DNA of 63,910 nucleotides, counting the filler, from Octopus bimaculoides (taxonomy: Eukaryota), in the NCBI RefSeq assembly GCF_001194135.2. It is 10 parts of 9 records of this genome, joined end to end, with 100 filler letters (N's around TTAATTAATTAA, not from the genome) between each part and the next. Parts side by side here need not be neighbours in the genome. Positions count along the whole stretch, not along the records: positions 21,913 to 45,154 come from NC_068989.1; positions 45,255 to 47,593 come from NW_026434593.1; positions 47,694 to 53,685 come from NC_068992.1; 7 more parts are not named here. One strand, 5' to 3'. The translations under genes and the position numbers were made by a program. The stretch's first letter is position 1, and each line of letters opens with the position of its first letter. Positions 37,856 to 50,275 of this stretch are shown piece by piece. A model generated the notes under the pieces. The model was given only the letters and a program-made list of their open reading frames with translations, did not search any database and had not been told where the DNA came from.

Positions 37856-38589
37856 AGGTGACAGGAGAGAAATATAAGAAAGACAGAAAAGTTTTACTTC
37901 CTATATGCTATATGTTTGAGGAATTGACTGCAACTGATGAGGAACGCAAGATAATGTGAACTTTATATGTAGAAGGGGAGTAGTAGGAAAGGGGGAAGGA
38001 AAGAAAAATGAAAAGAGAAGATGAAGCAGGTGAGGCCAGGTGAGCTGGAAGAAGAAATTGAGGTGAGACAGGAGCTAAAGGATATGACAGGGATCACTGA
38101 ACTAAGAGTTTCTCGAAAGTAGAGTATGTAAAACTCTGCTATTTTTCTTTTATTTCCCTGCAATCAACTTTACTCTGAAGAAAAACTCTATCCGAAACAT
38201 TGACTATTTCACCTCCCCACAGCAATTTCACTGGAATATTTCAGTTGCTTTTCTGAATAATACAAGATGTATTGACTCACACCACCACCGGGCTCATTGG
38301 ATTCTGCTTTATCGAATAGAATCATTTGTAAGTGTTGAGTATGAAGGTTCTGGTTTGTTAAATATTGGTGAACACATGAGTCGGGAGAAAAATATATTCA
38401 AAGCCCGTTCTACAAAACATGCCAATAATGATTCTATGTGGTTGCTTGACTTGCTAGAAACAGCTGCCAAGTTTATCTCCAATCACACTGCAATTTACCC
38501 TCTAAGAATGGGGTGGTCACAACTTAAATGCCTGTTATCAATTGTCTGTTCAAAAGATACCTTCACAAGTCATACCAACTCACAAGAGT

Positions 38590-39480
38590 CGGTTTCCTGG
38601 CGTGTATATCCCCACCTGGATGAGACACCAGTCTGTTGCAGTGTTACTCATTTTTGCCAGCTGAGTGGACTGGTGCAACATGAAAGGAAGTGTTTTGCTC
38701 AAGAGGTCAACACATCACCTGGTCCAGGAATCGAAATCATGATCTTACCATCATGAGTCCAACACCCGAAGCACTAAGCCACATGTCTCCACTTCAAAGG
38801 ATACCACAGATAATTGTTTCTGATTCAGACACAAGGCCTGCAATTTTAAGGGGTGGAGGTTAGTCGATTACCTCAACTCCAGTACTAGTTTGGTCTTTTA
38901 TTTTATCAACCTTTGACAGGTGAATGAAATGCAAAGGTGATCTTGGTAAGATCTGAGCACAGAATGTAAAGGGCCAAAACAAATGGCACAAAGCAATTTT
39001 CCCACTGCTCTAACGATTCTACCAATCAATTTCCCCAAATAGTTTCTAATTAAGGCACAAGACCAAAAATTTATAGGCGAGTTTATTAGTCGATACTATC
39101 AACTCCAGCTTATTGACCCAATGAGGGAATGAAAGATAAAACTGGCCGTGTTGTAAGTTGAACTCAGAAAGTAAAGAGCCCGAAGAAATACTATAAGGCA
39201 TTTTCTCTGACACTCTAATGATTCTGCCAGCTTACCGCCTTAAGGAGACCACAGATAATGGTTTCAAATTTTGGCACAATCCATCAATTTCTGTGAGTTG
39301 GGGGATGGGGAGGGCTTGTTGATTACATGGACTTCATTATTCAACAGGTACTCATTTTATTGCCTTCAGTGGAATTTGAACTCAGAACAGAAATACAGGC
39401 AAATGCTTAGTGGCATTTTGTCCATATTTCTGTTCTGAGCTGACAATTCTGCCAGCACGCTGCCTTAAAGAGACAATAGA
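38590..39480. mobile_element. Cluster of decayed SINEs, including a tRNA-headed SINE with a Deu/Meta-like core (38590-38790, minus strand) and family B copies
   Basis: gccagctgagtggactgg..gaagtgttttgctcaagagg core and ggaatcgaa B-box complement; family B fragments in both orientations. Confidence 0.6.
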
Positions 39481-42016
39481 CAGTAAGTTTAACCAGGAGA
39501 TTTTCATGTTAGGCACAGCCAGCTATTTTGCTGATATGAAGTGCTACAATATTAGTAGGGCTTCAATAGCTCTGGTTCTATGGAAGCCACATTTCTAGAG
39601 TAGCAGTTCTCTGGCTTGATTTGAACCGTTTTTCTTAGACTCCCAGTTTAGAACCAGAGCATAATTATATTTCCATAAAAAGCATGACTAGCTCATTGAA
39701 TTTGTAGTGAGATCAATTTCTATTATGGCATATTGGAGTCGACTAACATTTTATAGACTCCACACTTTAATCTATAATGATTGGTTATCTGACCTATCAT
39801 GTGAGTTTGGAACATTTGGTTGAGTCCTGTATATTGACTGGTCAAGTATTGCACCTGGTATGGATCTCGGATCCAATCACATCATGCGTAATACATTCTA
39901 AAACAACTAACCTGAATTTACATTGGAGCCTACTTCGGCTTATCATCATCATCATCATCATCGTTTAACGTCCGCTTTCCATGCTAGCATGGGTTGGACG
40001 ATTTGACTAAGGACTGGTGAACCAGATGGCTACACCAGGCTCCAATCTGACTTGGCAGAGTTTCTACAGCTGGATGTCCTTCCTAACGCCAACCACTCCG
40101 AGAGTGTTGTGGGTGCTAAAACAGCTAAGAAGAGGGTTGAGAGATTTTCAGGAAGGTGACTCGTTATTTTCTTGCCATTATAACAAAGCACATGTAACTA
40201 ACAACAGCCAAAGCTGAATCATCCAAACGATGAATGAACTACACAACCAGCAGAATTTGTGATGTTTATTTTGTCCACTGGATTATTTAGAGGAATAAAG
40301 CCTCGCTGTTATTTTAAAGTTTGTTTCTTGTATTATTTCTATGAGTGAACAGGCAATACATTTTATATAATAATGGTATGCAAGATTCTGTAGTAAGCCA
40401 AGAGAGACTTTATACCTACTCAGCTAAAACTGGTGACTCCAAAGCATGAGCGCCTATGCAAATGTTTTTCGACTACTTTGTATTGGCTGGTATGTAGCAA
40501 TTAAGGGTGGTAAAGTTTATTTTTTTGAAGGCTCTAGAAGCTTTGCCTGGGGGTTATAAAAGGCTGGAGCATTGAACCTTCAGTCGAAGCTGCTTTAGAC
40601 AATTAACGGAACTCTGTCTCTTTGTTTCATGAAATGTACTGTCACTATCTTCTACATGCTTTTGCATAACATACTTTTGGCAGTAACATACATGCAAATA
40701 CCATTCCAGAAAATTACCTACCGTATTCTGTTTTTAATAAATACGTACATATACCACATAACAATATTAACTAAAACATTATTTCTATTTTAGGCATTGT
40801 AAAGCTTCAAACATCACAAACGTGCTAGCAAATATGTTTTCCCATAAAATTAATTCACTTGTACATACATGAAAAACAATATATATATGGAAATGCACAG
40901 GATTTATTGTTAAGTCATTTATGTCAAATATCACGTCTTACCACTTTCTCTTACTACTTATCTTTAACCTAATTGCCATGACCTTTTCCAAAACTGGTCG
41001 CTGTGAAGAGAGAGGGCCCGAAGTTTTTGGAGAAAGTGATAATTAACAACTGTTTCGATTACTTCTTAGATGTCGAAAGTGGGATTGAGGTAAGGAAAAT
41101 AACTCTCCTGGAACATGTTTCTTGAAAGGCTGTTGTGATCATGTGTATGCGTAGGTGGTTGTCAGACTAATGAGGTGGAGGGGGTACAGCAGACCCAAAA
41201 GTGCCACCACCATAAAAATGTTGCCTGGGTCATATTGTCCCACACAGTCCTAACTACGCTACTGACAGTGCCGGCTGGAATTTAGGAGATACAAGATTTT
41301 TCAGGTTGTACAATGCATGAAGGTGCTTTCCATGTGTTCAAGTTGTGGTAGAAGTGTAAAATTTTTGCAGGCATTGTTGACAGTGTTCTTGGCTTGTATT
41401 GCTGTAATGTAACATATAACGAAGATGGTTAATGCAGATAATGTTGGAATGAGATATATACAACTTGAGATTGAAACTGAACTGGTAAGCGACATTTTAT
41501 TTTCCCTTATAAAATACAATGATTGCCATACATGAATTAACAAAACATAACAGGTTATTACAAAGATGTGTAAGAACTTTGTGGTAAGGCTAGACTGTTG
41601 ATGTTATAGACATAGTTGACGTACTGTTGGTGGTGTGTAGAGGCAACTGTTGGTTGTGTGATGTTAATACAGCAATGATGCAGACAGGCATCTGGTGGAG
41701 ATGAAAACAGAGACTAGCTGGTGTCAGATACATCGTTGCTGGAGACGAATTGTGTGTGGTCAGTAGCGAGTGCCAAAGACTTAGAACAGTCGAGAGCTGC
41801 TGTACTTATAAGGAATAGTGGACTCCCAGAAGCTGGTGATTAATTTCCAGCGTAAGGAAAAATAAACTGTTGCGCCAATGCGATCGGACAGCTGGAAGTT
41901 GACCAATAAAAACAACAGGTTTGTTTAATCACTGGGTCATGTGACTGCTGAAATGAAAAGGCCTTGTGGAGCCGATATTGGGGTATTTAAGCTTAGATGA
42001 GTCAAATGAAAACATC

Positions 42017-42600
42017 TCACACAATGACAATGTAACTCACTTCTGCTACAAACAATATGCAATCTGTTTGGGAGAAATTTAGTGTTATGAACTTTCTTTG
42101 TATTGGAACATGTCTAAGAGAATAGTTTCTCAGATAGGTCAATGATGAAGCATATTTGCAGCCAAGGATGATTAACATCAGTATGGCTGTGTGCTGACTG
42201 GTTAACTGATCGTTCCAGATGTTGGGGAAGAGAATTTCAATTAAAGCTAGGTGCAAAGGCAAGAAGGGATCAAAGTATTGAATGTGTATAGTGGGGTATG
42301 AGAGCCAAGAGAAGGTGCAAATAGTGAAGGCACCAAAGACAATGACTTGCGAGAGAGAGGGAGAACTATGAGGTAAGATGAATGTCTTTGATGCAGAACA
42401 AGTAAAAATTGGATAGTCGTTGGTATTTGGAGGAATTCTGAGAGTTAATGGTAGCAGATGAATTAAAAGACACAAAGAAGGGAGTTCTTGTTGTTGATGT
42501 TCAAACAAGCAATGGGAGTGACACGGAGTGTAAATTCTACGTAAGTGTAGAGACGTTGCTGTCAGAATACAGTGTGTGAGCATGGACATCAGAGATGGCC
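42017..42600 (-). mobile_element. Decayed apurinic-endonuclease region of an L2/CR1-like LINE
   Basis: 190-aa ORF with eroded motifs IYTPCHS (cf. IYRPP), VIVFGAFTI (cf. GDFNI), QLTSQHTAILMLII (cf. QLV..PTH...LDLI). Confidence 0.4.
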
Positions 42601-42959
42601 TGAATATATAAAAATTGAGCGATCAGAAGATATTTCAACGTGTGCATATCCCCTCCCTACAAGCCAACTGTGGGGAAGTTTGACGTCCGCTTTCCTTCAG
42701 AAATATGTATAGCTAAAAGCTGTCCCCATCAACACACATACACACACACACATACGTAACTATATGTTCGAATGTGTGTGAACAACCTCCCACCTTCGAA
42801 AACGCACAGTCATATACAGATATGACGAGAAACTAGCGATATTAATACGAGTTCGTAATTTTCAAGTAGTAAAATAGTATTACGAAAAGCTCTACCAAAG
42901 TGTATATAGTTTCCCGTTAGACCAACACATATTTAAACAAACTGTTTCACGATAAAGAA

Positions 42960-43090
42960 ACTTAACTTTTTCTTTCCGCTACATTTTATAACAAGGAATT
43001 AGTAAACAACTGACACCGGTTTCCGAATCTGTCGGCGGTAATCTTGCTAAATTTAATATGCCAATGTCGCACAAAGAATCTTCTTAGACG
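42960..43090 (+). promoter_or_regulatory. Alternative candidate first exon/promoter for the TXNDC16-like gene
   Basis: CpG-enriched patch (caccggtttccgaatctgtcggcgg) ending in a strong donor acg|gtaaga at 43090/43091. Confidence 0.3.
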
Positions 43091-43537
43091 GTAAGAAGTA
43101 AATTCTGCCTTAATATTTACTCATTTATTGATATCAAGGCTGTACAAATAATTAGAGTTTTGAATATGATAAAGTTTTACATAAACAACAACCTCTGTTA
43201 CAAATACGAAAGGAACGACATAGAAACGATATACTACATCTACACCCAGTTTACAAATAAACCATCAATTTATATAACTACTAGCATCGATTAAACTTAG
43301 AGGATGAAAGACAAAGTTGATTTGTTCTCTTGCGATTAAAGTCAGTTTCTTTCATATTCCTTGTTAATAATATTTAAACCGTATATCAGCCTGATTGAGC
43401 AGGTCCGTGACAGAGATGCTTTGTCAAAAGCAAACAAAGCATAAAACTTAATATAAATATTCTAATTGATTCAACAACTTGGCTTCGAAGAGTCATGCTT
43501 TGAATAGAACATCGTAACTTTGTACATATATACCGTC

Positions 43538-43571
<34 letters not shown>

Positions 43572-43959
43572 GTTTTATGAAGATGTAACATCTTATGCAA
43601 ACATTACAGGTTAATCACATTACACCTCGCTCTGTAGCTCTACTCAGTCATACATCAGCTCGAACTACAGGCTATTCTAATTAGATTTCTAATAGCAAAA
43701 ATAAAACTTTAACACTTGCGGTAGATAAATCCACCCCTGTCATACGGGTCAACTAAAGAGTCAGTAGAAATAGCAGCCATAACTCCCTCAATGCTCTATA
43801 ATTTTTCTTTTAAATGTAAACATAGTTATGTGATTAAGAAGTTCGCTTCCCAATCATGTAGGTTTGGGTTCAGTCTCGGTGTGTGGCACCTTGGAAATGT
43901 GTTTTCTAGTATATCCTCCGGCCGGCCATAATTTTGTGAGTGGCTTTGGTTGACGCCTA

Positions 43960-44180
43960 GGTAATTTTTCAGATTAACACCCGCACGATCTTCACTAGGG
44001 TGTTAGGGTTAGAGTTTTAGGGTCAAAGTTAGGGTTTTAGGGTTAGTTTTTGGGTTACGGTTACGGTTACAGTTAGGGACGGAATTCCCTAACCCAAACC
44101 GTAACCGTAACCCTAAACCCTAAAACCCTAACCCTAACACACTAGTGAAGATCGTGCGGGTGTTAATCTGAAAAATTACC
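43960..44180. mobile_element. Palindromic MITE-like element with telomere-like repeat arms
   Basis: 39-bp perfect TIR GGTAATTTTTCAGATTAACACCCGCACGATCTTCACTAG; TTAGGG/TTACGG variants on the left and CCCTAA/CCGTAA on the right; centre GGAATTCC at 44081-44088. Confidence 0.8.
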
Positions 44181-44503
44181 GACTCCTCTGTTTGTCTCTC
44201 CTAGCGTAATGGTTGTAATAGCGTCTTTTGTTTTCAGCTCTCCGTGAAAACATGTCTGGCCATGAGGAAATATCTTGTTTAGAAACAGGTGAGGATTGGT
44301 GACAGGAAGAGCGTCAGTTGTAATAAATCTGTCTCAACAAAATTTGTGTGACCCATGGAAGCAGGAAAAAGTGAAAATTAAATCGATGCTGATGAATCTT
44401 AGTTATACAAACTAATGGGATGGTTATGGCTGGAACACCTTTCACTTCAATAAAGACCGAAGACCCGAGATTAAACAACAACTACCACCTATTAACTCTT
44501 GAG

Positions 44504-44757
44504 CAGTGGTTCTCAACCATTTTTTCCTCTATGGACCCCTTTGATTCCTGTTTGACTCTACTAGACCCCCATAGACATTTAGTGTTTAAAAGAGTTCCAT
44601 TCTATTTATATAATCAAATATTAGGAATTGTATAAAAAATATTGTTGAAATATTTTGCATATTGTAGAAGTGTAACTAATTTGTAGCACGTAGATTTTAA
44701 CATCAAAATCTTATATGAACTCCCAAGGGCCATATGGACCCTAGTTGAAAGAAGCTT
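44504..44757. mobile_element. hAT(Charlie)-type MITE relic
   Basis: Left end CAGTGGTTCTCAAC; degenerate right end (c)TAGTTGAAAGAAGCTTG; AT-rich interior. Confidence 0.5.
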
Positions 44758-44816
44758 GTCTCAATATATGTATGTGTGTGTGTGTGTATACATATATATA
44801 TATATAATATATATAC

Positions 44817-45154
44817 TCTTTTTACTCTTTTACTTGTTTCAGTCTTTTGACTGTGGCCATGCTGAAGCACCGCCTTTTAGTCGAGCAAATCGACCCAGGA
44901 CTTATTCTTTGGAAGCCTAGTACTTATTCTATCGGTCTCTTTTGCCGAACTGCTAAGTTACGGGGACATAAACACACCAGCATCGGTTGTCAAGCGATGT
45001 TGGGGGGGGGGACAAACACAGACATACAAACACATGCATACATATATATACATATATACGACAGGCTTCTTTCAGTCTCCGTCTACCAAATCCACTCACA
45101 AGGCTTTGGTCGGCTCGAGGCTATAGTAGAAGACACTTGCCCAAGATACCACGC
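44817..45154 (-). mobile_element. SINE family A copy
   Basis: tactcttttacttgtttcagtc...gctatagtagaagacacttgcccaag up to the gap. Confidence 0.9.
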
Positions 45155-45967
45155 NNNNNNNNNNNNNNNNNNNNNNNNNNNNNNNNNNNNNNNNNNNNTT
45201 AATTAATTAANNNNNNNNNNNNNNNNNNNNNNNNNNNNNNNNNNNNNNNNNNNNCACACGCACACACACATATATACATACATACACACGCACATACATA
45301 CGTACATACATACATAAATACATATATACATACATATATATATATACATATATAAACGTACATATATATACACGCAATCGACAATTAAACTATTCACATC
45401 AACAGATTTTTAATTATTATTTCAAATTTGTGTCATTAAGTTCTCCATTATGCAGCCATCATTTCGAAAACAAAAAGAAAAGAAGAAAATAATGAAAACG
45501 TAAACTAGAATAATCGAAATTATCTTAGTGATTACAAGATAAGTCGTAAATATTTTGACCTCTTCATTAAGTACTTCAACATTTTCAGCATAAAATTGAT
45601 TGCTAATGAATGATATGGTGATGACTTAGATCCAAAATGACTGACAATAATTCCCCAAGGAGAAACATTTGTGATTTGTTGTCAGTTTTACGATATGCTC
45701 CCCACAAGCGATTTATAATAATTCTTTTTCCAAATTAATTTCCTTAATCTGAATCCAAGTAGATTTGTGCTGTTGGTTCCTGTAATACAAACAGTAAGCA
45801 GTAGTTCAATTCCCAGTTGCAGCTGTTTGGTTAAGTCAATATATAAATGCAAGAAACTTTTTCCCTGACGAATCGATGCTCAAACATGACTGACTATTCC
45901 TCGATGGACAGTCTTAATTACAAAGAATCCATTACTGGTTTCGTTTTCTTACATTTGTTCGTGTGTA

Positions 45968-46016
<49 letters not shown>

Positions 46017-47929
46017 NNNNNNNNNNNNNNNNNNNNNNNNNNNNNNNNNNNNNNNNNNNNNNNNNNNNNNNNNNNNNNNNNNNNNNNNNNNNNNNNNNNN
46101 NNNNNNNNNNNNNNNNNNNNNNNNNNNNNNNNNNNNNNNNNNNNNNNNNNNNNNNNNNNNNNNNNNNNNNNNNNNNNNNNNNNNNNNNNNNNNNNNNNNN
46201 NNNNNNNNNNNNNNNNNNNNNNNNNNNNNNNNNNNNNNNNNNNNNNNNNNNNNNNNNNNNNNNNNNNNNNNNNNNNNNNNNNNNNNNNNNNNNNNNNNNN
46301 NNNNNNNNNNNNNNNNNNNNNNNNNNNNNNNNNNNNNNNNNNNNNNNNNNNNNNNNNNNNNNNNNNNNNNNNNNNNNNNNNNNNNNNNNNNNNNNNNNNN
46401 NNNNNNNNNNNNNNNNNNNNNNNNNNNNNNNNNNNNNNNNNNNNNNNNNNNNNNNNNNNNNNNNNNNNNNNNNNNNNNNNNNNNNNNNNNNNNNNNNNNN
46501 NNNNNNNNNNNNNNNNNNNNNNNNNNNNNNNNNNNNNNNNNNNNNNNNNNNNNNNNNNNNNNNNNNNNNNNNNNNNNNNNNNNNNNNNNNNNNNNNNNNN
46601 NNNNNNNNNNNNNNNNNNNNNNNNNNNNNNNNNNNNNNNNNNNNNNNNNNNNNNNNNNNNNNNNNNNNNNNNNNNNNNNNNNNNNNNNNNNNNNNNNNNG
46701 TACTAACTTATCTACATATCCTTATCTAGATGAAGAAGGGTGAAGGAAGTGGAACGGGTAATTAAACATAGAAGACCTTAAAGAATTCATCAATAAACAT
46801 GTCAACAAGAAAAGCGAAATACGTTATAAGGGGGTGGTTAGGTTTGGACGTTAAAATTCAAAAAACAAAATTCAAAATACAGAGTAATATAGTATACTAG
46901 TGAAAGGAAATATTAGCACCCACATTAATAATGTAATAACTAAGAAATAAATAATAAAATAAGAACTAAAAAATATTAAAGAATAATAAAACTGATAAAA
47001 ATAAGAGATAAAACGTAAAAAATGAAAAACTTAAATATGAAAAAAATAATAAAATATAAAAGATAATGATACACGGGTCAAAATATAACCGATAAAAAAT
47101 AAGAAATACAAAGGAATTAACAATTAAAAAATTAAAAATTAAAACATAACGAAACCGGAAGTAAAAGGGTATAAAATAAATGTAAAAGTATAAAGTGAAG
47201 TATATATATAAAAAAATGAAGTATATATATAAAAAAATATATATATAAAAGAAATATATATAAAAAAATGAAAATAACGTAAAAATAGAAATAAAAAAAT
47301 ATAAAAATAAAAATAAAAATAAAAATAAAAAACAACTTATAAGCAGTATAGATAGTATACACACATATATATACCCACATACATACACATACACACAGTA
47401 TTATTTCGTGTTATAACTTCGTATTGCAGTGTCCTTGGATGGTTTCGAGTCAGTGACTGAAGCTAGAACTATATCCATAGGTTTGGGATTATGGATCCGG
47501 TTTATTGAAAATTTGTGTAAACTAAAAATTAAAAATATTAAAGATATGTGTAAACTAGAAATTAAAAATTTGTTTAAATTAAGTGGTCATAACNNNNNNN
47601 NNNNNNNNNNNNNNNNNNNNNNNNNNNNNNNNNNNNNTTAATTAATTAANNNNNNNNNNNNNNNNNNNNNNNNNNNNNNNNNNNNNNNNNNNNAAAGTTC
47701 GTCTAAACAGAAGAAGAAAACGGAGAAAGATATAATGAATAAATAGATAAATAAATAGATAAATAAATAGATAAATAAATAGATAAATAAATAAGTAGAA
47801 ACCCCCGAAGGGGGAGGCGCTTCGAAAAAGGAAAGGTTACACGTGGAAAAACCCATAAAACACGGGAGCCTGGTCAGAAAAAAAATAAGAAAGGGGTATA
47901 GAGCCCTTTCTCCTTTTACATTACCTTTT

Positions 47930-48290
47930 TTTTTTCCTTGCCATTTCCCAATACAAACAGATCAGGTGCTAGAACATAACAGATCGGACCTACTGGTGGT
48001 CGACAAGATGCACCACATGTGCTATACAGCTGATATACGTGCCAGTTTGACCGACGAATAGTCAAGAAAGAAGGCGAAAAAAAATAGATAAAGTAACCCT
48101 CTTAAGTACAAAATAGCCCGGGTATGGAAAATGAAGTAGGTGAAGATAATGCCAATTATTGTTGGGTCTTTGGGGACAATATCAGAATGCATCAAGAGGA
48201 ATATCAAGGAAATTGTAATAGAGTGCCCAGTAGAACTGTTACAAAGAACAGATAGCATGGTACCATAGGCTATGCATGACATATAAAATC
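47930..48290 (+). mobile_element. RLE-type (R4/NeSL-like) non-LTR retrotransposon, C-terminal restriction-like endonuclease relic
   Basis: IQTDQVLEHNRSDLLVVDK..C...DI, then KE.EK.DK..PLKYKIARVWKM..VKIMPIIVGSLG across broken frames. Confidence 0.75.
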
Positions 48291-48340
48291 CACAATTTAA
48301 AAATAAAAGGTTATTGCAATTGCGAGGTTATATGTATATG

Positions 48341-48809
48341 CAAGAGTTACAGAATGGAGTACGGGAAATCCGGGCTACATATATTTCATAGCGAGTGGAA
48401 GCTCAGATGTGAGATCTTAGGATCTGGTCAACGCAGCGCTGCACTGTGATGCCATTCCTTCTGCCTGCACCGCCGGCTACTCTTCAGGTCAAGGATATCT
48501 TGATTATATTAAAGGCTCTTATTGTAACTCACTGTAAAACTGAGTCCCCTCGACTCTTGCAATACCCTTTCTCAGTATTAAAACTGCAGCTATTACAAAT
48601 ATTTCGTATGTGGATCTCTTGTAAGAGATACATTCAAGGCAGTACATGTTGACGCAAAGATTCAATTTATTATTTTAGCTCACGGTATACCCTTGGCCCG
48701 AAGAGTAACCAGCGGTATACACCTCCATGGATTTTACCACTTCTGAGATTCCATTCGCTATGAAACATATGTAGTCAGGATTTCCCACACTCCATTCCGC
48801 AACTCTTGA
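48341..48809. repeat. Diverged long inverted repeat (foldback/MITE-like)
   Basis: 48341-48406 plus 48469-48507 are inverted homologues of 48679-48809 (caagagtt..ggaaatcc..ctacatat.tttcatagcga..ggaa.ctcag; tactcttc.gg.caagg.tat). Confidence 0.65.
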
Positions 48810-49033
48810 ATTTTTTTTCGCACACTCGGCAACGCTGGTTGTCTACCGAGAAATATAAAAATAACTTTTTTTTCAGCTCATCGTTCTTTGATAAAAGAGA
48901 AAAAATAATCCGCAACTTTCTGTCTCAATAAACTACTATTGTTCCTGGAAGTTATTTTTTTATATTCACTACGGATTGCTCGAAGTTAACTTTCTTCCTA
49001 CACCTCGATCTCTGGACCTTCTACACCAACACA

Positions 49034-49077
<44 letters not shown>

Positions 49078-50270
49078 CCGAACCACAAAAGAAACGCGAG
49101 ACGTGTGTGACTGAAATATGTTTTAATTTCATTATGTCAGAGATAAATTTTGATAAATTGGATGCACTTTCACCACAGTCTATGAGTCGTTGTCATGTGT
49201 TCTGATAGCAAGCGGATTGTAGGGGATGGCATGTTCAATACCGTATATACCCTCCCTGAGTGTTCAAAACGGCCATACACCGTCGGTGCATAGAGTGCAT
49301 GTAATGGTTCACAAAAGTCATTGGCACCTATGCCTATACCCTCGGGAAAGCTGCCTCCTGTTCCACAGGAGTTGTCGGCCTTGGGAGTCCCTGGCTCAAC
49401 CGTCTCTGGATTTCATTCCACAGGTGTTCTATTGGGTTCAAATCCGGGCTGAAAGTCGGCCACAGCATGTTTCTGATATTGTACTGACGCAAGAAGTCCA
49501 TGGTGACCCTGGCAGTGTGGAACACATGGCTATGGTGACGCGAGAAGAAGGGCACGATGTGAGATCTTAGGATCTGGTCAACGCAGCGCTGCACTGTGAT
49601 GCNNNNNNNNNNGATGTGAGATCTTAGGATCTGGTCAACGCAGCGCTGCACTGTGATGCCATTCCTTCTGCCTGCACCAACATTTTGGAACACATGGGGC
49701 CCAATTCTCTGATTCAGGCCTATAGTACCTCAAGCCATGATGCTTTGGCCACTTCATACGTCTCTCTCCATGACACATGCGCCTCTGTAGCGTTCACCCT
49801 TCCTACACCACACCTCACTCCATCATCCGAGTACCAGCTCTGGTCAGAGAAAACTATCGTTGATGCCGCCAATCTCGGTGCTGTGTAGTCCACTGTAGTC
49901 GTGCCTGACGGAGGCAGGTTGTGAGGACAGACCCTCAAGCAGGACGACGGCAACACGGATTGTCGGCGCCCAGTCGACGTCGTGCTGTGTCGTCGCTGAT
50001 GGGTCACTGTCCAGTGCCAATAGTCTCGCGAGCTGTCACACTGGCCGGTCTGAAGTGATCACGGAGGGTGGCCTTCCTGGGCGTGGTCACATGGGAGCGC
50101 CCTCTGCAGGCACAGTCTGCAGTGCTGTTGGTGTTGTAGTGCTGTTGCAGGCAATAGATGGTACTGATATGGCCATTGTAAGCTTTCACAACAACCAGGG
50201 CACGCTTGCCTGCTTGCAATCAACCAATAACTTGTTCTTTCTGCGCTGCTGACAATCGGGTCATACCTGA
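49078..50270 (-). mobile_element. Tc1-family DNA transposon relic (transposase plus one terminus); 5' portion probably continues at ~51890-52304
   Basis: MTRLSAAQKEQVIG.LQAGK..., GRSHVTTPRK..LRDHFRPASVTA, WPTFSPDLNPIEHLW (Tc1 DD34E-type motif); terminus ccgaaccacaaaagaaacgcg next to TA in a (TA)n run. Confidence 0.85.
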
Positions 50271-50275
50271 TGCGT

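Noticed and set aside
41301-41543. Possible GIY-YIG endonuclease relic (SCIYLIP..)
   Set aside because: The YIG/ET..R..EH motifs are not recoverable; too eroded to call.
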